Shown here: positions 44,658-56,735 of the stretch, piece after piece
Position numbering within the stretch: position 1 is the stretch's first letter
Layout: every line of letters starts with the position of its first letter
Source of the DNA: Lysobacterales bacterium
GTDB taxonomy: Bacteria > Pseudomonadota > Gammaproteobacteria > Xanthomonadales > Rhodanobacteraceae
Assembly: GCA_038207515.1 (NCBI GenBank)
Contig: JBBQZR010000028.1
Coordinates: 2,308 to 66,307 of the forward strand
Reading direction: 5' to 3'
Length of the DNA stretch: 64,000 bases
Program-made: the position numbers and the translations under genes
The notes under the pieces: model-generated
Told to the model about the DNA's origin: nothing
Database searches by the model: none
What the model saw: the letters and a program-made list of their open reading frames with translations, nothing else

Positions 44658-46214
44658 TCAGGCCGTCGCCCGCTGCGCCGTGCGCGTTCCAGACAGTTCC
44701 TCGACGAGATCGCGGTGTGCCGGCAGGTCCTTGATGGCGTGCTGGCTGACGGCGCGCAGCATGGCGAATTCGCGTCGCGCTTCCTCGGCGCGCGGATAGC
44801 GCCCGCGCTGGTCGCGCAGGTCGGTCTGGAATTCCATGCCGTAGAGAATGAACTGCCAGCTGGCCGGCATGAACATTTCCAGGTCGGTGACGAAGTCGAG
44901 CCGGTGCGGTGCGCGCAGGCGCCATTCGGCGAGGCGGTCGCGCAGCGTTGCCGGAATGGTGGCCGTGTCGGCGTTGTCGATCCAGAACGCGCTGTCGCGG
45001 CGCTGGGTCAGGCAGTAGTGAAGCTTGAGAAAATCGACGATGCGCGTGTAGCGCTCGCTCATCATGTGGTTGAAATGCGCCGCGGCGCGATCGAAGCAGG
45101 CGTCCATCGGCAGCAGGTGGGCGAGCAGATAGGTGCCCATCTCGACCAGGCCGATGCCGGTCGCTTCGAGTGGCTCGAGGAAGCCGGCCGAGAGGCCGAT
45201 CGCCACGCAATTGTGCTTCCACTGCACCGGTCTATAGCCGGTCTCGAAAGGCAGGCGGCGCGCATTCAATCCCTGCGCCGCCGGACCGATGTATTCGCGC
45301 AGCACGGCTTCGGCGCGATCATCGCTGGTGTGCCGGCTCGAGTAGACGTAGCCGACGCCACGTCGCTCCTGCAGGCCGATGTCCCAGGTCCAGCCGGCTT
45401 CATGCGCGGTGGAGATCGTATGCGAGGCGATCGGTGCGTCAGGGCCGGCGTTGGGCACCTGGATGGCCACGGCACGGTCGGCGAAGAGCACATCGCCCAC
45501 GTGCGTGAGCGGTTGCCCGAGTGCCTTGCCGATCAGGCCCGCACGCATGCCGGTGCAATCGACATAGAGGTCGGCCTGCAGGGTGCCGAGTTCGCGCGTG
45601 ACCACGCCGGCGATCGCACCGTTCGCGTCGAGCGTCACGTCGCAGATGGTGGCGAGACTATGGTCGACGCCGAGTGCGCGGCCTTCCGCGGCGAGCAGGG
45701 CCGCGACCTTCATCGCATCGAAGTGGTAGGCGTAGTTCATCGGCCCTTCGTAGTCGGGGTCCTGGCGACGCTTCGGCGCGCGGCCGGCAGCGGCAACCGC
45801 CGTCTGCAGGGTCACCGCATCGGCGAACGCCCTGCCTTCGCCGGCTTCGCCGAGCAACCAGTACGGCACCAGATCGAGTCCGTCGACGCGCGAACTGGGC
45901 AGGTTGAAGGGATGGAAGTAGTGATCGCGCCCAGGCGAACCGGCTGGCCGTACCCAGTCGACGAAGCGGATGCCCTGCTTGAAGGTGGCCTGGGTTTCGC
46001 GGATGAAGCGCGCCTCGCTGATGCCGATCTGCGAGAGCGCGCCGCGAATCGACGGGAACGTGCCTTCGCCGACACCGAGGATGCCGATCTCGGGCGACTC
46101 GACGAGCTGGATGCGGACCGCACCCGGTGTGCGGATATTGAGGGTCTTCGCGAGATAGCAGGCGCACAGCCAGCCTGCCGTTCCGCCGCCCGCGATCAGT
46201 ACGCTCCGCAGCAT
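44658..46214 (-). CDS. Tryptophan halogenase family flavin-dependent halogenase
   Basis: GGGTAGW, GVGEGT, ATFKQGIRF (catalytic Lys equivalent), YAYHFDA, WTWDIGL, GFLEPLEATGI. Confidence 0.92.
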   Translation of the reverse strand: MLRSVLIAGGGTAGWLCACYLAKTLNIRTPGAVRIQLVESPEIGILGVGEGTFPSIRGALSQIGISEARFIRETQATFKQGIRFVDWVRPAGSPGRDHYFHPFNLPSSRVDGLDLVPYWLLGEAGEGRAFADAVTLQTAVAAAGRAPKRRQDPDYEGPMNYAYHFDAMKVAALLAAEGRALGVDHSLATICDVTLDANGAIAGVVTRELGTLQADLYVDCTGMRAGLIGKALGQPLTHVGDVLFADRAVAIQVPNAGPDAPIASHTISTAHEAGWTWDIGLQERRGVGYVYSSRHTSDDRAEAVLREYIGPAAQGLNARRLPFETGYRPVQWKHNCVAIGLSAGFLEPLEATGIGLVEMGTYLLAHLLPMDACFDRAAAHFNHMMSERYTRIVDFLKLHYCLTQRRDSAFWIDNADTATIPATLRDRLAEWRLRAPHRLDFVTDLEMFMPASWQFILYGMEFQTDLRDQRGRYPRAEEARREFAMLRAVSQHAIKDLPAHRDLVEELSGTRTAQRATA

Positions 46215-46284
46215 GGTTGCAGCTCCCGTTTCTTGCGCTGAGGGCGCGCCGGTCGACACCGAAGCGGCGCACCGTACGCCGGAA

Positions 46285-46364
46285 TGACTGCGCTGTCATT
46301 TTGCATTGCAGCACTGATTTTCATCGAATGACAGCGCTATCAAATTTGATTGACAGCGCTGCCA
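46285..46364. promoter_or_regulatory. Three LacI-type palindromic operators
   Basis: TGACTGCGCTGTCA (46285-46298), TGACAGCGCTATCA (46329-46342), TGACAGCGCTGCCA (46351-46364) between the divergent halogenase and TBDR genes. Confidence 0.75.
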
Positions 46365-46450
46365 TCGGTATGCACTCTGCGTCGCCATCAGGTATTCAAA
46401 GGCGCTCGGGGACTGGCTCAGAGGGCGTCATCAACGGGAGGGTTACACCC

Positions 46451-48886
46451 ATGTTCGTTCGCAAAACCCTGCTCTACCGTTCCATCGCCGCGGTGCTCGC
46501 GGCCAGTTCGGCCGTGGCGGCGGCGCAAGGCGGAGCCGGCGCGGATTCGAAGTCGGCGCCGGATGGCGGCGATGCCGAGACCACCGCGCTCGACCTGGTC
46601 ACGGTGACGGCGACCAAACGCAGCACGCCGCTGCAGAAGACCCCGGTCGCGATCACCGCGATCAGTGCGCAGGCGCTGGACAAGGAGCGCGTGATCACGG
46701 TGCAGGACATCACCAGCCTCGTGCCCGGCTTTGCCGCGACCACCCAGGGCGACCACGGCGTGATCACGCTGACCCTGCGCGGCATCGGCAACGACAGCGC
46801 GAAGACCGAATATGCCGATCCGGAGGTCGCCCTGTTCGTCGACGGCATCTACACGCCGCGCGCGGAAGGTGCCGCCTCGTTGTTGCTCGATCTCGAATCG
46901 GTCGAGGTACTACGCGGACCGCAAGGCACGCTGTGGGGCCGCAATTCGACGGTCGGCGCGGTGAATATGCAGACCGCCAAGCCCGTGATCGGCGACAGCT
47001 CGGGCAATGTGCAGTTCGGCCTCGGCAACTACGCGCGCCTCGGCGGCCGCGGCGCCTTCAACCTGCCGATCAGCGAAAGCTGGGCGGTGCGCGTCGCCTT
47101 CGCCCACGAGCAGCATGAGGGCTACGTCGACTACCAGAATCCCGGCGCGCTGCTGCCGTCGCTCGAGGCACAGCGCGCCGCCTACCTGGCGTCGGGCGGC
47201 GATCCTGCCGCATTCCAGGCGATCAATCCGAACCTGTTCGTCGCCGGCGGCGAAAAGTACAACGCGCAGAACCAGAGCGCGGTGCGGATCAGCAGCCTGC
47301 TCCAGCCGAGCGACACCTTCAGCTGGAACGTGTCCTACGAATACTTCCGCGATACCGGCACGCCGAGCATGAACCTGATGCAGACGCCGCGCGCGGGCCA
47401 GGATTTCTGGTCCGCCCTGATCGACACGGCGCCGTCGCTCGATCGTGAGGCGAACAGCCTGCGCAGCCGCATGGACTGGGAGCTCAGCGACTACCTGTCG
47501 TTGTCCTACATTGCCGGCATCAGCCGCTTCGAAGGATCGGCGGATTTCGATCAGGACGGCGGCGTGCAGGTGCCGACCAGTTTCACCACTGGCGCGACCT
47601 ACCAGCAGGACCGCACCAACTATTCGGTCTATCGCAATCACAGCCACGAACTGAACCTGACGTCGAATGGCGAGAACACCATCGACTGGATCCTCGGCCT
47701 CTATTACGCCGCCGAGAAAAACAAGATCCGCTTCGATATCCCGATCTTCAATGGCACGCAGCAGGGTACGGTCGCCTGGCAAGGCTCGTTCATCCAGCCC
47801 AAGCAGACCGTCGATTCCAAAGCCGTTTTCGGCCAGGCAACGTGGAACGTGTCGGACGTATTCCGCCTGACCGGCGGTCTGCGCTACACCGATGACGCGA
47901 AGGAAAACATCGGCGGCCGCGGCTGGGGCTGGCAAGGCTACGGCAATCCCGACATTCCGCAGGTACCGATCGCGCCGGGCACGATTCCGAGCAACGCGAA
48001 CGGTTTCGGATTCGGCATCGGCGGCATCAACGACGGCCAGTACGACCACGGCCAGCTGACCTGGCTGGCGCGCGCGGACTACGACGTGGCTGAGGACTTC
48101 CTGGTCTACGCCAGCGTGTCGACCGGCTACAAATCCGGTGGCCTGCAGGACGGCGGCGTGCCGTACCGGCACGAGGAGCTGACCAATTTCGAGATCGGCA
48201 CCAAGTCGTCCTTCCTCGATGGAAACGTGGTCTGGAACAACGCCATCTACTACGAGGATTTCAAGGATTTCCAGCTGGCCGCGCCGATCACGTTCGTCGA
48301 CGGCAGCCGCGGACTCGGCTTTTCGAACGTGAAGGGCAGCACGAAGGTCTGGGGCTTCGAATCGGAATTGAATGCGCGCCTGAGCGACGACGATCGCCTG
48401 CAGTTCGTGTTCTCGGCGATTCCGCACAAGAAGCTCGGCACTCTGCTGTACGCCGGCTCCAACGACTATCAGGGGCTGCCGCCCTGCCCGGCCGCATCGG
48501 GCATCGGCAACTGTCTCGACGTCTCGGGCAACGAACTCGCGCATGCGCCCGATGCCGCGTTCACCCTGGTCTACGAGCACGATTTCCGCTTCGCCAGCGG
48601 CGCGCGGCTGACCCCGCGCATCAGTACCCACTACGAAACCGAAAGCTGGCTCAGTGCGTTCAACCTCGGCGACGGCGACAAGCAGTCCAGCTACACCCGT
48701 ACCGATCTCAGCGCGCGCTATCTCAATCCGGACGGCACCTGGTACGTCGACCTCTACGTCGACAACGTCGAGGACAAGAAGATACGCACCAGTGCAGGCA
48801 GGACCGCCGTCGGCAGCGGCTTTGAATACCTCTCGCAATACCTGCCGCCACGAACCGTCGGGATGAATTTCGGCTTCTGGTTCTGA
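46451..48886 (+). CDS. TonB-dependent receptor
   Basis: Signal peptide; VTVTATKR, VEVLRGPQGTLWGRNS..GAVN, GYKSGG; C-terminal Phe. Confidence 0.95.
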   Translation: MFVRKTLLYRSIAAVLAASSAVAAAQGGAGADSKSAPDGGDAETTALDLVTVTATKRSTPLQKTPVAITAISAQALDKERVITVQDITSLVPGFAATTQGDHGVITLTLRGIGNDSAKTEYADPEVALFVDGIYTPRAEGAASLLLDLESVEVLRGPQGTLWGRNSTVGAVNMQTAKPVIGDSSGNVQFGLGNYARLGGRGAFNLPISESWAVRVAFAHEQHEGYVDYQNPGALLPSLEAQRAAYLASGGDPAAFQAINPNLFVAGGEKYNAQNQSAVRISSLLQPSDTFSWNVSYEYFRDTGTPSMNLMQTPRAGQDFWSALIDTAPSLDREANSLRSRMDWELSDYLSLSYIAGISRFEGSADFDQDGGVQVPTSFTTGATYQQDRTNYSVYRNHSHELNLTSNGENTIDWILGLYYAAEKNKIRFDIPIFNGTQQGTVAWQGSFIQPKQTVDSKAVFGQATWNVSDVFRLTGGLRYTDDAKENIGGRGWGWQGYGNPDIPQVPIAPGTIPSNANGFGFGIGGINDGQYDHGQLTWLARADYDVAEDFLVYASVSTGYKSGGLQDGGVPYRHEELTNFEIGTKSSFLDGNVVWNNAIYYEDFKDFQLAAPITFVDGSRGLGFSNVKGSTKVWGFESELNARLSDDDRLQFVFSAIPHKKLGTLLYAGSNDYQGLPPCPAASGIGNCLDVSGNELAHAPDAAFTLVYEHDFRFASGARLTPRISTHYETESWLSAFNLGDGDKQSSYTRTDLSARYLNPDGTWYVDLYVDNVEDKKIRTSAGRTAVGSGFEYLSQYLPPRTVGMNFGFWF

Positions 48887-48926
48887 GCGCTGCTCGTCCG
48901 ATCCATCGGGCAACCCCGTTCCCCGG

Positions 48927-50458
<1,532 letters not shown>

Positions 50459-50560
50459 CCAGCGCCGCGCCGAAAGCCGGTCGCGCGCATCACGCAACAG
50501 GCGGGGCGCGCTGCGCTGTCGCGCCGCCCCTTCGTACGCAGCCGGAGTGAACCCGCAACC

Positions 50561-51946
50561 ATGAACGCAATCCCTGTCGCGGCACCCGCGGAGCGGCTGC
50601 CGACGCGACGCTATCTCGGCTATGGGCTCGGCGATTTCGCCTTCAATTTTTACTGGCTGCCGCTGCAGGTCTTTCTGCTCAAGTACTACACCGACGTGCT
50701 CGGCCTCGACAGCGGTGCGGCCGGCATCATCGTCATGATCTGCCTGATCTGGGACGGCCTGGTCGATCCGCTGATCGGCATCGTCGCCAACAAGACGCGC
50801 ACGCGCTTCGGACGCTATCGCCCGTACATGCTGTTCGGCGCGATTCCGCTGGCGGTGACCTTCAGTTTCGTGTTCCTGCCGGTGCCGTTCCACGATACCG
50901 CGCTGGTCGTGTATGCGCTGGTCACCCAGCTGCTGTTCCGCACGATCTACGCCGCCGTCAACATCCCCTACGGCGCCATGATGGCGTCGATGACCCGCGA
51001 CTCGATGGAGCGCAACTGGCTGGCCGGCGCGCGCATGCTGTTCGCGTTCAGCGGCTCGGCCGTGGTCGGCTATGCGACACCGCGACTGGTGGCCTGGCTC
51101 GGTGTCAGCAATCCGGACTCGGCCTATTTCTGGTCGGCAGCAATCCTGTCGTCGTTCGCGACGCTGATCATCTTCGCCAGCTACGGGTTGACCGAGGAAC
51201 GTCTCGAACCGGTGGCCGAGCAGCAACGTCATCCACCCCTTCGCGAACTGCTGCGCATGCTGGCCAGGAACACGCCTTTCCTGCAGGCTGCGGCGGCGAT
51301 CGCCCTGTTCGGCTTCGCCAGCACGGTCACCAGCGCGAGCCTGCCGTACTTCGTGCAGTACTACATGCGCGGCGCGCCGACCATGACCGGCGATCTCGCC
51401 AGCATGATCCCGTTCGTGCAGATGCTGGCGATCCTGCCGTGGACGCTGATCAGCCGCCATACCGGCAAGCGCGCGGCGTGGATCATCGGCCTGCTCATCG
51501 CCACGGCGGCGCTCGGCGTGCTGAACCTGATCGACAAGCCGGATGCGACCGTGGTGTTCGTGCTGGTCGGAGTCACCGCGTTCGGCTCGGCCGCGATCGC
51601 CGTCAACTTCTGGTCTATCGTGCCGGACACGGTCGAATACGGCGAGTGGCGATCCGGCGTGCGCGTCGAGGGGTTCGTGTTCGGCCTGGTCACCCTGATC
51701 CAGAAGTCGGCGCTCGGCCTTTCCTCCGCGTTCGTCGGCCTGTATCTGGTCTGGATCGGCTATGTGCCGAACCAGGAACAGGCGCCGTCGACGGTCGAGG
51801 GACTCAAGCTCATGTTCACGCTGTTTCCGATGTTCGGCATGCTCGCCTCGTGTGCGGTCATGCTGTTCTACCGGCTGGACGCCGGCACGCATGCGCGGCT
51901 GGTCGCCGAAATCGCCGCACGCACGCCGGTGCGGCCGGCTGCATGA
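50561..51946 (+). CDS. MFS glycoside-pentoside-hexuronide (GPH):cation symporter
   Basis: WDGLVDPLIG..A.KTRTRFGRYRPY, NIPYGAM, WSIVPDTVEYGEWRSG.R.EG. Confidence 0.93.
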   Translation: MNAIPVAAPAERLPTRRYLGYGLGDFAFNFYWLPLQVFLLKYYTDVLGLDSGAAGIIVMICLIWDGLVDPLIGIVANKTRTRFGRYRPYMLFGAIPLAVTFSFVFLPVPFHDTALVVYALVTQLLFRTIYAAVNIPYGAMMASMTRDSMERNWLAGARMLFAFSGSAVVGYATPRLVAWLGVSNPDSAYFWSAAILSSFATLIIFASYGLTEERLEPVAEQQRHPPLRELLRMLARNTPFLQAAAAIALFGFASTVTSASLPYFVQYYMRGAPTMTGDLASMIPFVQMLAILPWTLISRHTGKRAAWIIGLLIATAALGVLNLIDKPDATVVFVLVGVTAFGSAAIAVNFWSIVPDTVEYGEWRSGVRVEGFVFGLVTLIQKSALGLSSAFVGLYLVWIGYVPNQEQAPSTVEGLKLMFTLFPMFGMLASCAVMLFYRLDAGTHARLVAEIAARTPVRPAA

Positions 51947-52040
51947 CCGATCGCGCCACGCCGGCCCAGGCGGGAGCTTGCCTATACAATCGGCGCCACA
52001 ATCGGCGCAAACGGAGCGCTTCGGCGTGGAGGCCGAACCG

Positions 52041-53066
52041 ATGAGCAAGGCGATCATCGACGATGTGGCGGCCAGGGCGGGCGTGTCGATCAAGACCGTC
52101 TCACGCGTCGTCAATCGCGAACCCAACGTCAGGCAGCCCACGCGTGAGCGCGTCGAAGCGGCCATCGCCGAACTCAACTACCGGCCGCGACTGTCGGCGC
52201 GCGGCCTCGCCGGCAATCGCTCCTTCATGCTCGGCCTGATCTACGGCAAGCCCGGTGCGCACTACGTGCTCGACATCCAGGAGGGCGTGCTCGAGATGTG
52301 CCGGCCGCACGGTTACGAGCTGGTGATTCATCCGGGCGAGTTCCGCGATGGCGATCTGGCCAATGAAATCTCCGATCTGATTCTCGACCGGCGTATCGAT
52401 GGCGTGCTGCTGTCGCCGCCGATCTCCGACCACATGGAGGCGATCGCACTGCTCAAGGACGCCGGCATTCCGCTGGTCCGGATCGCACCGACCATCGACA
52501 AGGCCGCACATCCGTTCGTCGAGACGAACGATCTCGACGCCTCGTTCGAGCTGGCCGAAGTGCTGATCGGCCTCGGCCACCGCCGCATCGGCTTCATCAC
52601 CGGCCATCCCGATCACCGCGCGGTCGGCCTGCGTTTCGAGGGCTATCGCAAAGCCTTGCGCGCGCATGGCATCGCCTTCCAGGGCGAGCTGGTCGTCGTC
52701 GGCGACAACCGCTTTCATGCCGGTGAGGAAGGCGCGCGCCAGTTGCTGCAGCTGGCGTCGCCGCCAACGGCAATTTTCGCCGCCAATGACGAAATGGCCG
52801 GCGGCGTGATCAAGACGGCGCTCGTCCACGGCCTGCGCATCCCCGAACAACTTTCCGTGGTCGGCTTCGACGATGCGCCGATTTCGCGCCAGGTCTGGCC
52901 GTCGATCAGCACGATCCAGCAGCCGATCCGCGAGATGGCCAAGACGGCAACGAGCATCCTGCTCGAGCAGTTGCGTGCCGGCGAGGCCGAGGAACATCCG
53001 AGCATGCATCCGGCACGGCTCGTGCTGCGCGAATCGATCGCACCGCCACCGACCGGTAAAGCCTGA
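52041..53066 (+). CDS. LacI family transcriptional regulator
   Basis: IDDVAARAGVSIKTVSRVVN, PTAIFAANDEMA, LSVVGFDD. Confidence 0.96.
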   Translation: MSKAIIDDVAARAGVSIKTVSRVVNREPNVRQPTRERVEAAIAELNYRPRLSARGLAGNRSFMLGLIYGKPGAHYVLDIQEGVLEMCRPHGYELVIHPGEFRDGDLANEISDLILDRRIDGVLLSPPISDHMEAIALLKDAGIPLVRIAPTIDKAAHPFVETNDLDASFELAEVLIGLGHRRIGFITGHPDHRAVGLRFEGYRKALRAHGIAFQGELVVVGDNRFHAGEEGARQLLQLASPPTAIFAANDEMAGGVIKTALVHGLRIPEQLSVVGFDDAPISRQVWPSISTIQQPIREMAKTATSILLEQLRAGEAEEHPSMHPARLVLRESIAPPPTGKA

Positions 53067-53069
53067 TCC

Positions 53070-53990
53070 GTGGCGACCCGGATCATCGCCAGTTTCGACA
53101 TCGGCGGCACCAACATGCGCGCGGCCGTTGTCGCCGTGGATGGCCGCAACGCCGAAGTGCTCGAGCAGCAGCGCCGGCCGACGCCGAGCCACCTGCTCGC
53201 CCCGGCCGTCACGGCGCGCCAGCGGCTAGACGATGTGATCGACTTCATGGTGGCATTCGCCGACCGGGCCCGCCGGCGTGCGCGCGCCGATGCCGTGGCC
53301 GCGGCCTTTCCCGGTCCGATCGATGCACAGGGGCGCGTCGCTGCCCTGCCGACCCTGTGGGGCAGCGAAGGCGCTAGCCTGTGCCCACTGGCGCTCGACC
53401 GTCTGCTCGCCGAGCGCCTGCCAGGCATGCCGGTGCGTATCTACAACGACGTCAGCGCAGCCGGTTTCCGTTTCGTCGCCGAGCATCCCGATTTCGCCCT
53501 GTTCACACTCGGCAGCGGTGTCGGCCTCAAGGTGTTCATCGATGGCCAGCCACAGGTGGGCCCACACGGCCGCGGCGGCGAACTGACCCACATGGTGTTC
53601 GATGCGTCACCCGACGCACCGCTGTGCGACTGCGGCGGTCGCGGCCATCTGGGTGCACTGGCGTCCGGTCGCGCCTGGCAGCGCCGGGTCGAACACCTTG
53701 GAAGCGAACGCGCAGCGGTCGAGCTCGATGCCTTCGCCGAGCCGCTGGCGCGGGCGGTCGCGATGATCCACTACACACTCGGCATGGAAACGTTCCTGTT
53801 CGCCGGCGGCCTGGCCGAAGGGCTCGGCGAACCGCTGCGCGCGGCGATCGTCCGGCGCCTTCCGGCGCAGGGCTGGCAGCAGGGTCAGGAGTGGGACGCG
53901 ATGATCCGACTCGCGCCGGCCGACGATGCGCATGCGCTGATGGGCGGCGCGCTCGCGCTTGCGGGTGAGCCGGCACCGACCACCGGCTGA
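53070..53990 (+). CDS. ROK family sugar kinase
   Basis: DIGGTN, NDV.AA, LGSGVG, GELTH...CDCGGRGHL. Confidence 0.88.
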   Translation: MATRIIASFDIGGTNMRAAVVAVDGRNAEVLEQQRRPTPSHLLAPAVTARQRLDDVIDFMVAFADRARRRARADAVAAAFPGPIDAQGRVAALPTLWGSEGASLCPLALDRLLAERLPGMPVRIYNDVSAAGFRFVAEHPDFALFTLGSGVGLKVFIDGQPQVGPHGRGGELTHMVFDASPDAPLCDCGGRGHLGALASGRAWQRRVEHLGSERAAVELDAFAEPLARAVAMIHYTLGMETFLFAGGLAEGLGEPLRAAIVRRLPAQGWQQGQEWDAMIRLAPADDAHALMGGALALAGEPAPTTG

Positions 53991-54183
53991 CGGCGTGGGC
54001 AGTCCGCCAACCGTCAGGCGTGCCGTGATCGGCGCGCCGGAGCCGGTGCCTGCCGAAAATCTCTATGGCCACTTGCCGGAAGACATCGGACTGGCAGATC
54101 AGTACATTCGTACACGTTGCCGCATGTTCTCGGCCGTAGTTTCATTGCGGCAGCAAAACCCGACACTGACAGGGAGCATCGCT

Positions 54184-54654
54184 ATGACAACTCCAGAACA
54201 GGGTGACTCGCAGATTCCGAAATTCGATCGGGACGTGCTGGAAATCCTTTCCAATCCGCCGGACGGTCATCAGAAACTGCTGGATGGCGCAAGCCTCGAC
54301 GACGGGAGAAGACTGGCCATCATCAGTGCGTCCGGTGGATACGATCGGGATTCCGGTGAAATCTCGGGCTGGATCACCTACGGTCTGTTCGAGCGAAAAA
54401 TCAGGTTCCAGACAACCCGGTTCACGTCGCGGTTGCTCAGCTTCCACGGCACCGGTGGATTCCTGACCAGCGCCCTGCCGCTTGAGCGACTGGCAGGACA
54501 AACGGGCACATTTTCCATGTCCGGGAACCGGGAAGTGAGCGCGCTGTGGCTGTGGCTGGGCAACGAGTCGGTGTGCGTGCCGCTGGTCATGATAGGCCAG
54601 GGAGGAATGGGCCACTACGCCAAGGGTGAAGTAACCTTCAGGGCAGTGGCCTGA
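54184..54654 (+). CDS. Hypothetical beta-rich protein
   Basis: GGGAG RBS before ATG 54184; 156-aa open frame; no family recognised. Confidence 0.55.
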   Translation: MTTPEQGDSQIPKFDRDVLEILSNPPDGHQKLLDGASLDDGRRLAIISASGGYDRDSGEISGWITYGLFERKIRFQTTRFTSRLLSFHGTGGFLTSALPLERLAGQTGTFSMSGNREVSALWLWLGNESVCVPLVMIGQGGMGHYAKGEVTFRAVA

Positions 54655-54704
54655 TCGTGCAGTCCCGGAACGCGGGTTCACCGTAAAACGGCCCCGTCAG
54701 TCGG

Positions 54705-55127
54705 TCAGGTCGGCCCGCGCCGAAGACTGTTTGCGCTCACGAGCCCGCAAAACACGACGAAAAGCGCGAAGTAGAAGCCACCGTTGAGGTGCGGCGTCGA
54801 GAGAGCGAGATAGACGCCCACCGCACCACCGGCTACGACCACGGATAGCACGCCGAGCCAACCGGGGCGGAGCGCGAGCAGTCCGGCGAAAAAGCAAAGT
54901 GTGAAAAGTGGGAGCGTAAATTGAGGGTTAGGGATTCTCTCGAGATGCTCCCAATTGGCGCCGACGAGAAAGGCTGCCATTCCCATCACGGCGGCGAGCA
55001 TCCAGGTCAGTACGAACAGCCAGATCCGCAAGCGGCGGTGAAGCACGGGCGGCGCCGATGAACGGGGAATTGCCGCAGGCCGATCGGCCACGTTGAGCCA
55101 GTTGATTGAGGGTTCCACTCGCTTCAT
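54705..55127 (-). CDS. Hypothetical membrane protein (about 4 TM)
   Basis: Four hydrophobic segments after MKRVEPSINW; AT-richer DNA. Confidence 0.55.
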   Translation of the reverse strand: MKRVEPSINWLNVADRPAAIPRSSAPPVLHRRLRIWLFVLTWMLAAVMGMAAFLVGANWEHLERIPNPQFTLPLFTLCFFAGLLALRPGWLGVLSVVVAGGAVGVYLALSTPHLNGGFYFALFVVFCGLVSANSLRRGPT

Positions 55128-55322
55128 AGGTCTTGCGCCGTGTTGAGCCGCCAATGCAGGCAGCGTTGCTGACGAGCTGAGCCATCGCGCCAGAACGGCG
55201 TCAAGGTACCTTCCCCATTGCTCGATTGACGGCGGGCACGCTCGTGGCTTCACCCATACCAATCTTCGGACAAGCCGCTGCGCTCGCCCACCGTCACCCT
55301 GCCCCGCTGGTGGGCAGCCGGT

Positions 55323-56726
55323 CTACACCAGAAAGCCCAGATCGGGGGTCGGGAAATTCGCCACATTTGGCACGATGTCGTGGATGTTGGAAGCCGGAAC
55401 GCCAAACCAGCGCGCGAGTGTGGCGGCGTACTGGTCGACCGATGTGGTGGGAATGATCTGGCCCCAGCCGGCGTCATCCGGACCGCCGGCAGTCATGTCC
55501 GGCATGCGGCCGTAGAAGCTGCCGCCGCGCACGGAACCGCCCAGCACGAAGTGATGGCCGCCCCAGCCGTGATCCGAACCATCGCCGTTGGACGACAAGG
55601 TGCGACCGAAATCCGACGCGGTGAAAGTGGTCACGCTTTCACTGACGTTGAGCTCCTGCGTCACGGCATAGAACGCGGAAAGCGACTTGGCCAGATCGGC
55701 CAGCAGCAGCGGATGATCGACGAGCTGCGTGTCGTGGGTGTCGTAGCCGCCGGCTGAAACGAAGAAGATCTGTCGCTGCATGCCCAATGCCTGCCGCACG
55801 GCGATCAGTCGCGCCACCATCTTCAGTTGAGCCCCGAGACGCGACGCCGGAAACGGCGTGGCCAGGGGCGCGCCGCCACTCAGGGCGACGGCGACCATGT
55901 CGTAGTGATCCATGGCGCGGTTCATGGCGCGCGCATAGCCGCGTTCCAGCGCGTGGGTCTGCGTGGCGCTGCGCATCATGGCCATGAATGCCGCACGTCG
56001 GCTCGCGTTCCAGGAATTCTCCAGATCGCGGATCGGCACGGCGCCCTGCGGATCCGGGTTGAGCGCGTACTGGCTGACGATCGCACCGCGCTGCAGCAAG
56101 TTCTCGCCGCCGACCGTCATGGTCATCGGCAGCTTGGTATTGGTGTTGGTGCTGTACAGCAGGTCCGCGATCCGGCCGCCCCAGCCGAGGCTGTCGTCCG
56201 GGCGCGACGTCTGCCAGTAGACCGCCTGATCGTCGTGCGAGAACAACTGCGGCGGAAGCGGATGACCGGGCGACTGGTACTGGAGCTTGGTCGTAGGCCG
56301 GACCAGTGTGCCGACATTGTTCACAATGGCCATTCGCCCGCTGGTGAACAGATCGCGAAGCGGCGTCGTGCCGACCGGATCGCTCGCGCTGATCGCGGAC
56401 TGCAGGCCATAGGCGCAGCCGTCGGACGGCGGTGTGCCGCCCGCGGCCGGTGTCAGCGGCAGCAGTGCCGACGTCGGCAGCACGAGCGTGCCACGCGATG
56501 CCTGGTACGTGCTCCGCGCGATGCCGTCGCGCGGAACCACGGTGTTGCCGGAGTCGTTGCCACCGTGGAGGAACACGCAGACCAGCGCACGGTAGTTGCC
56601 GTCGCCACGCAGGGAACCGGCCTGTGTGGCCGCCTCGACCAGGCGCAGATTGCCGAGCATGGAGGTTGCTGCCACGCCGCCCAGCGCGGTTTTCAGACTG
56701 CGGTGCAGGAAGTCGCGTCGTTGCAT
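55323..56726 (-). CDS. DUF1501 domain protein, Tat-exported
   Basis: MQRRDFL twin-arginine; LVCVFLHGGND, LFSHDDQ, GYDTH, SDFGRT, GSDHGWG. Confidence 0.93.
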   Translation of the reverse strand: MQRRDFLHRSLKTALGGVAATSMLGNLRLVEAATQAGSLRGDGNYRALVCVFLHGGNDSGNTVVPRDGIARSTYQASRGTLVLPTSALLPLTPAAGGTPPSDGCAYGLQSAISASDPVGTTPLRDLFTSGRMAIVNNVGTLVRPTTKLQYQSPGHPLPPQLFSHDDQAVYWQTSRPDDSLGWGGRIADLLYSTNTNTKLPMTMTVGGENLLQRGAIVSQYALNPDPQGAVPIRDLENSWNASRRAAFMAMMRSATQTHALERGYARAMNRAMDHYDMVAVALSGGAPLATPFPASRLGAQLKMVARLIAVRQALGMQRQIFFVSAGGYDTHDTQLVDHPLLLADLAKSLSAFYAVTQELNVSESVTTFTASDFGRTLSSNGDGSDHGWGGHHFVLGGSVRGGSFYGRMPDMTAGGPDDAGWGQIIPTTSVDQYAATLARWFGVPASNIHDIVPNVANFPTPDLGFLV

Positions 56727-56735
56727 GGCCTGCTC

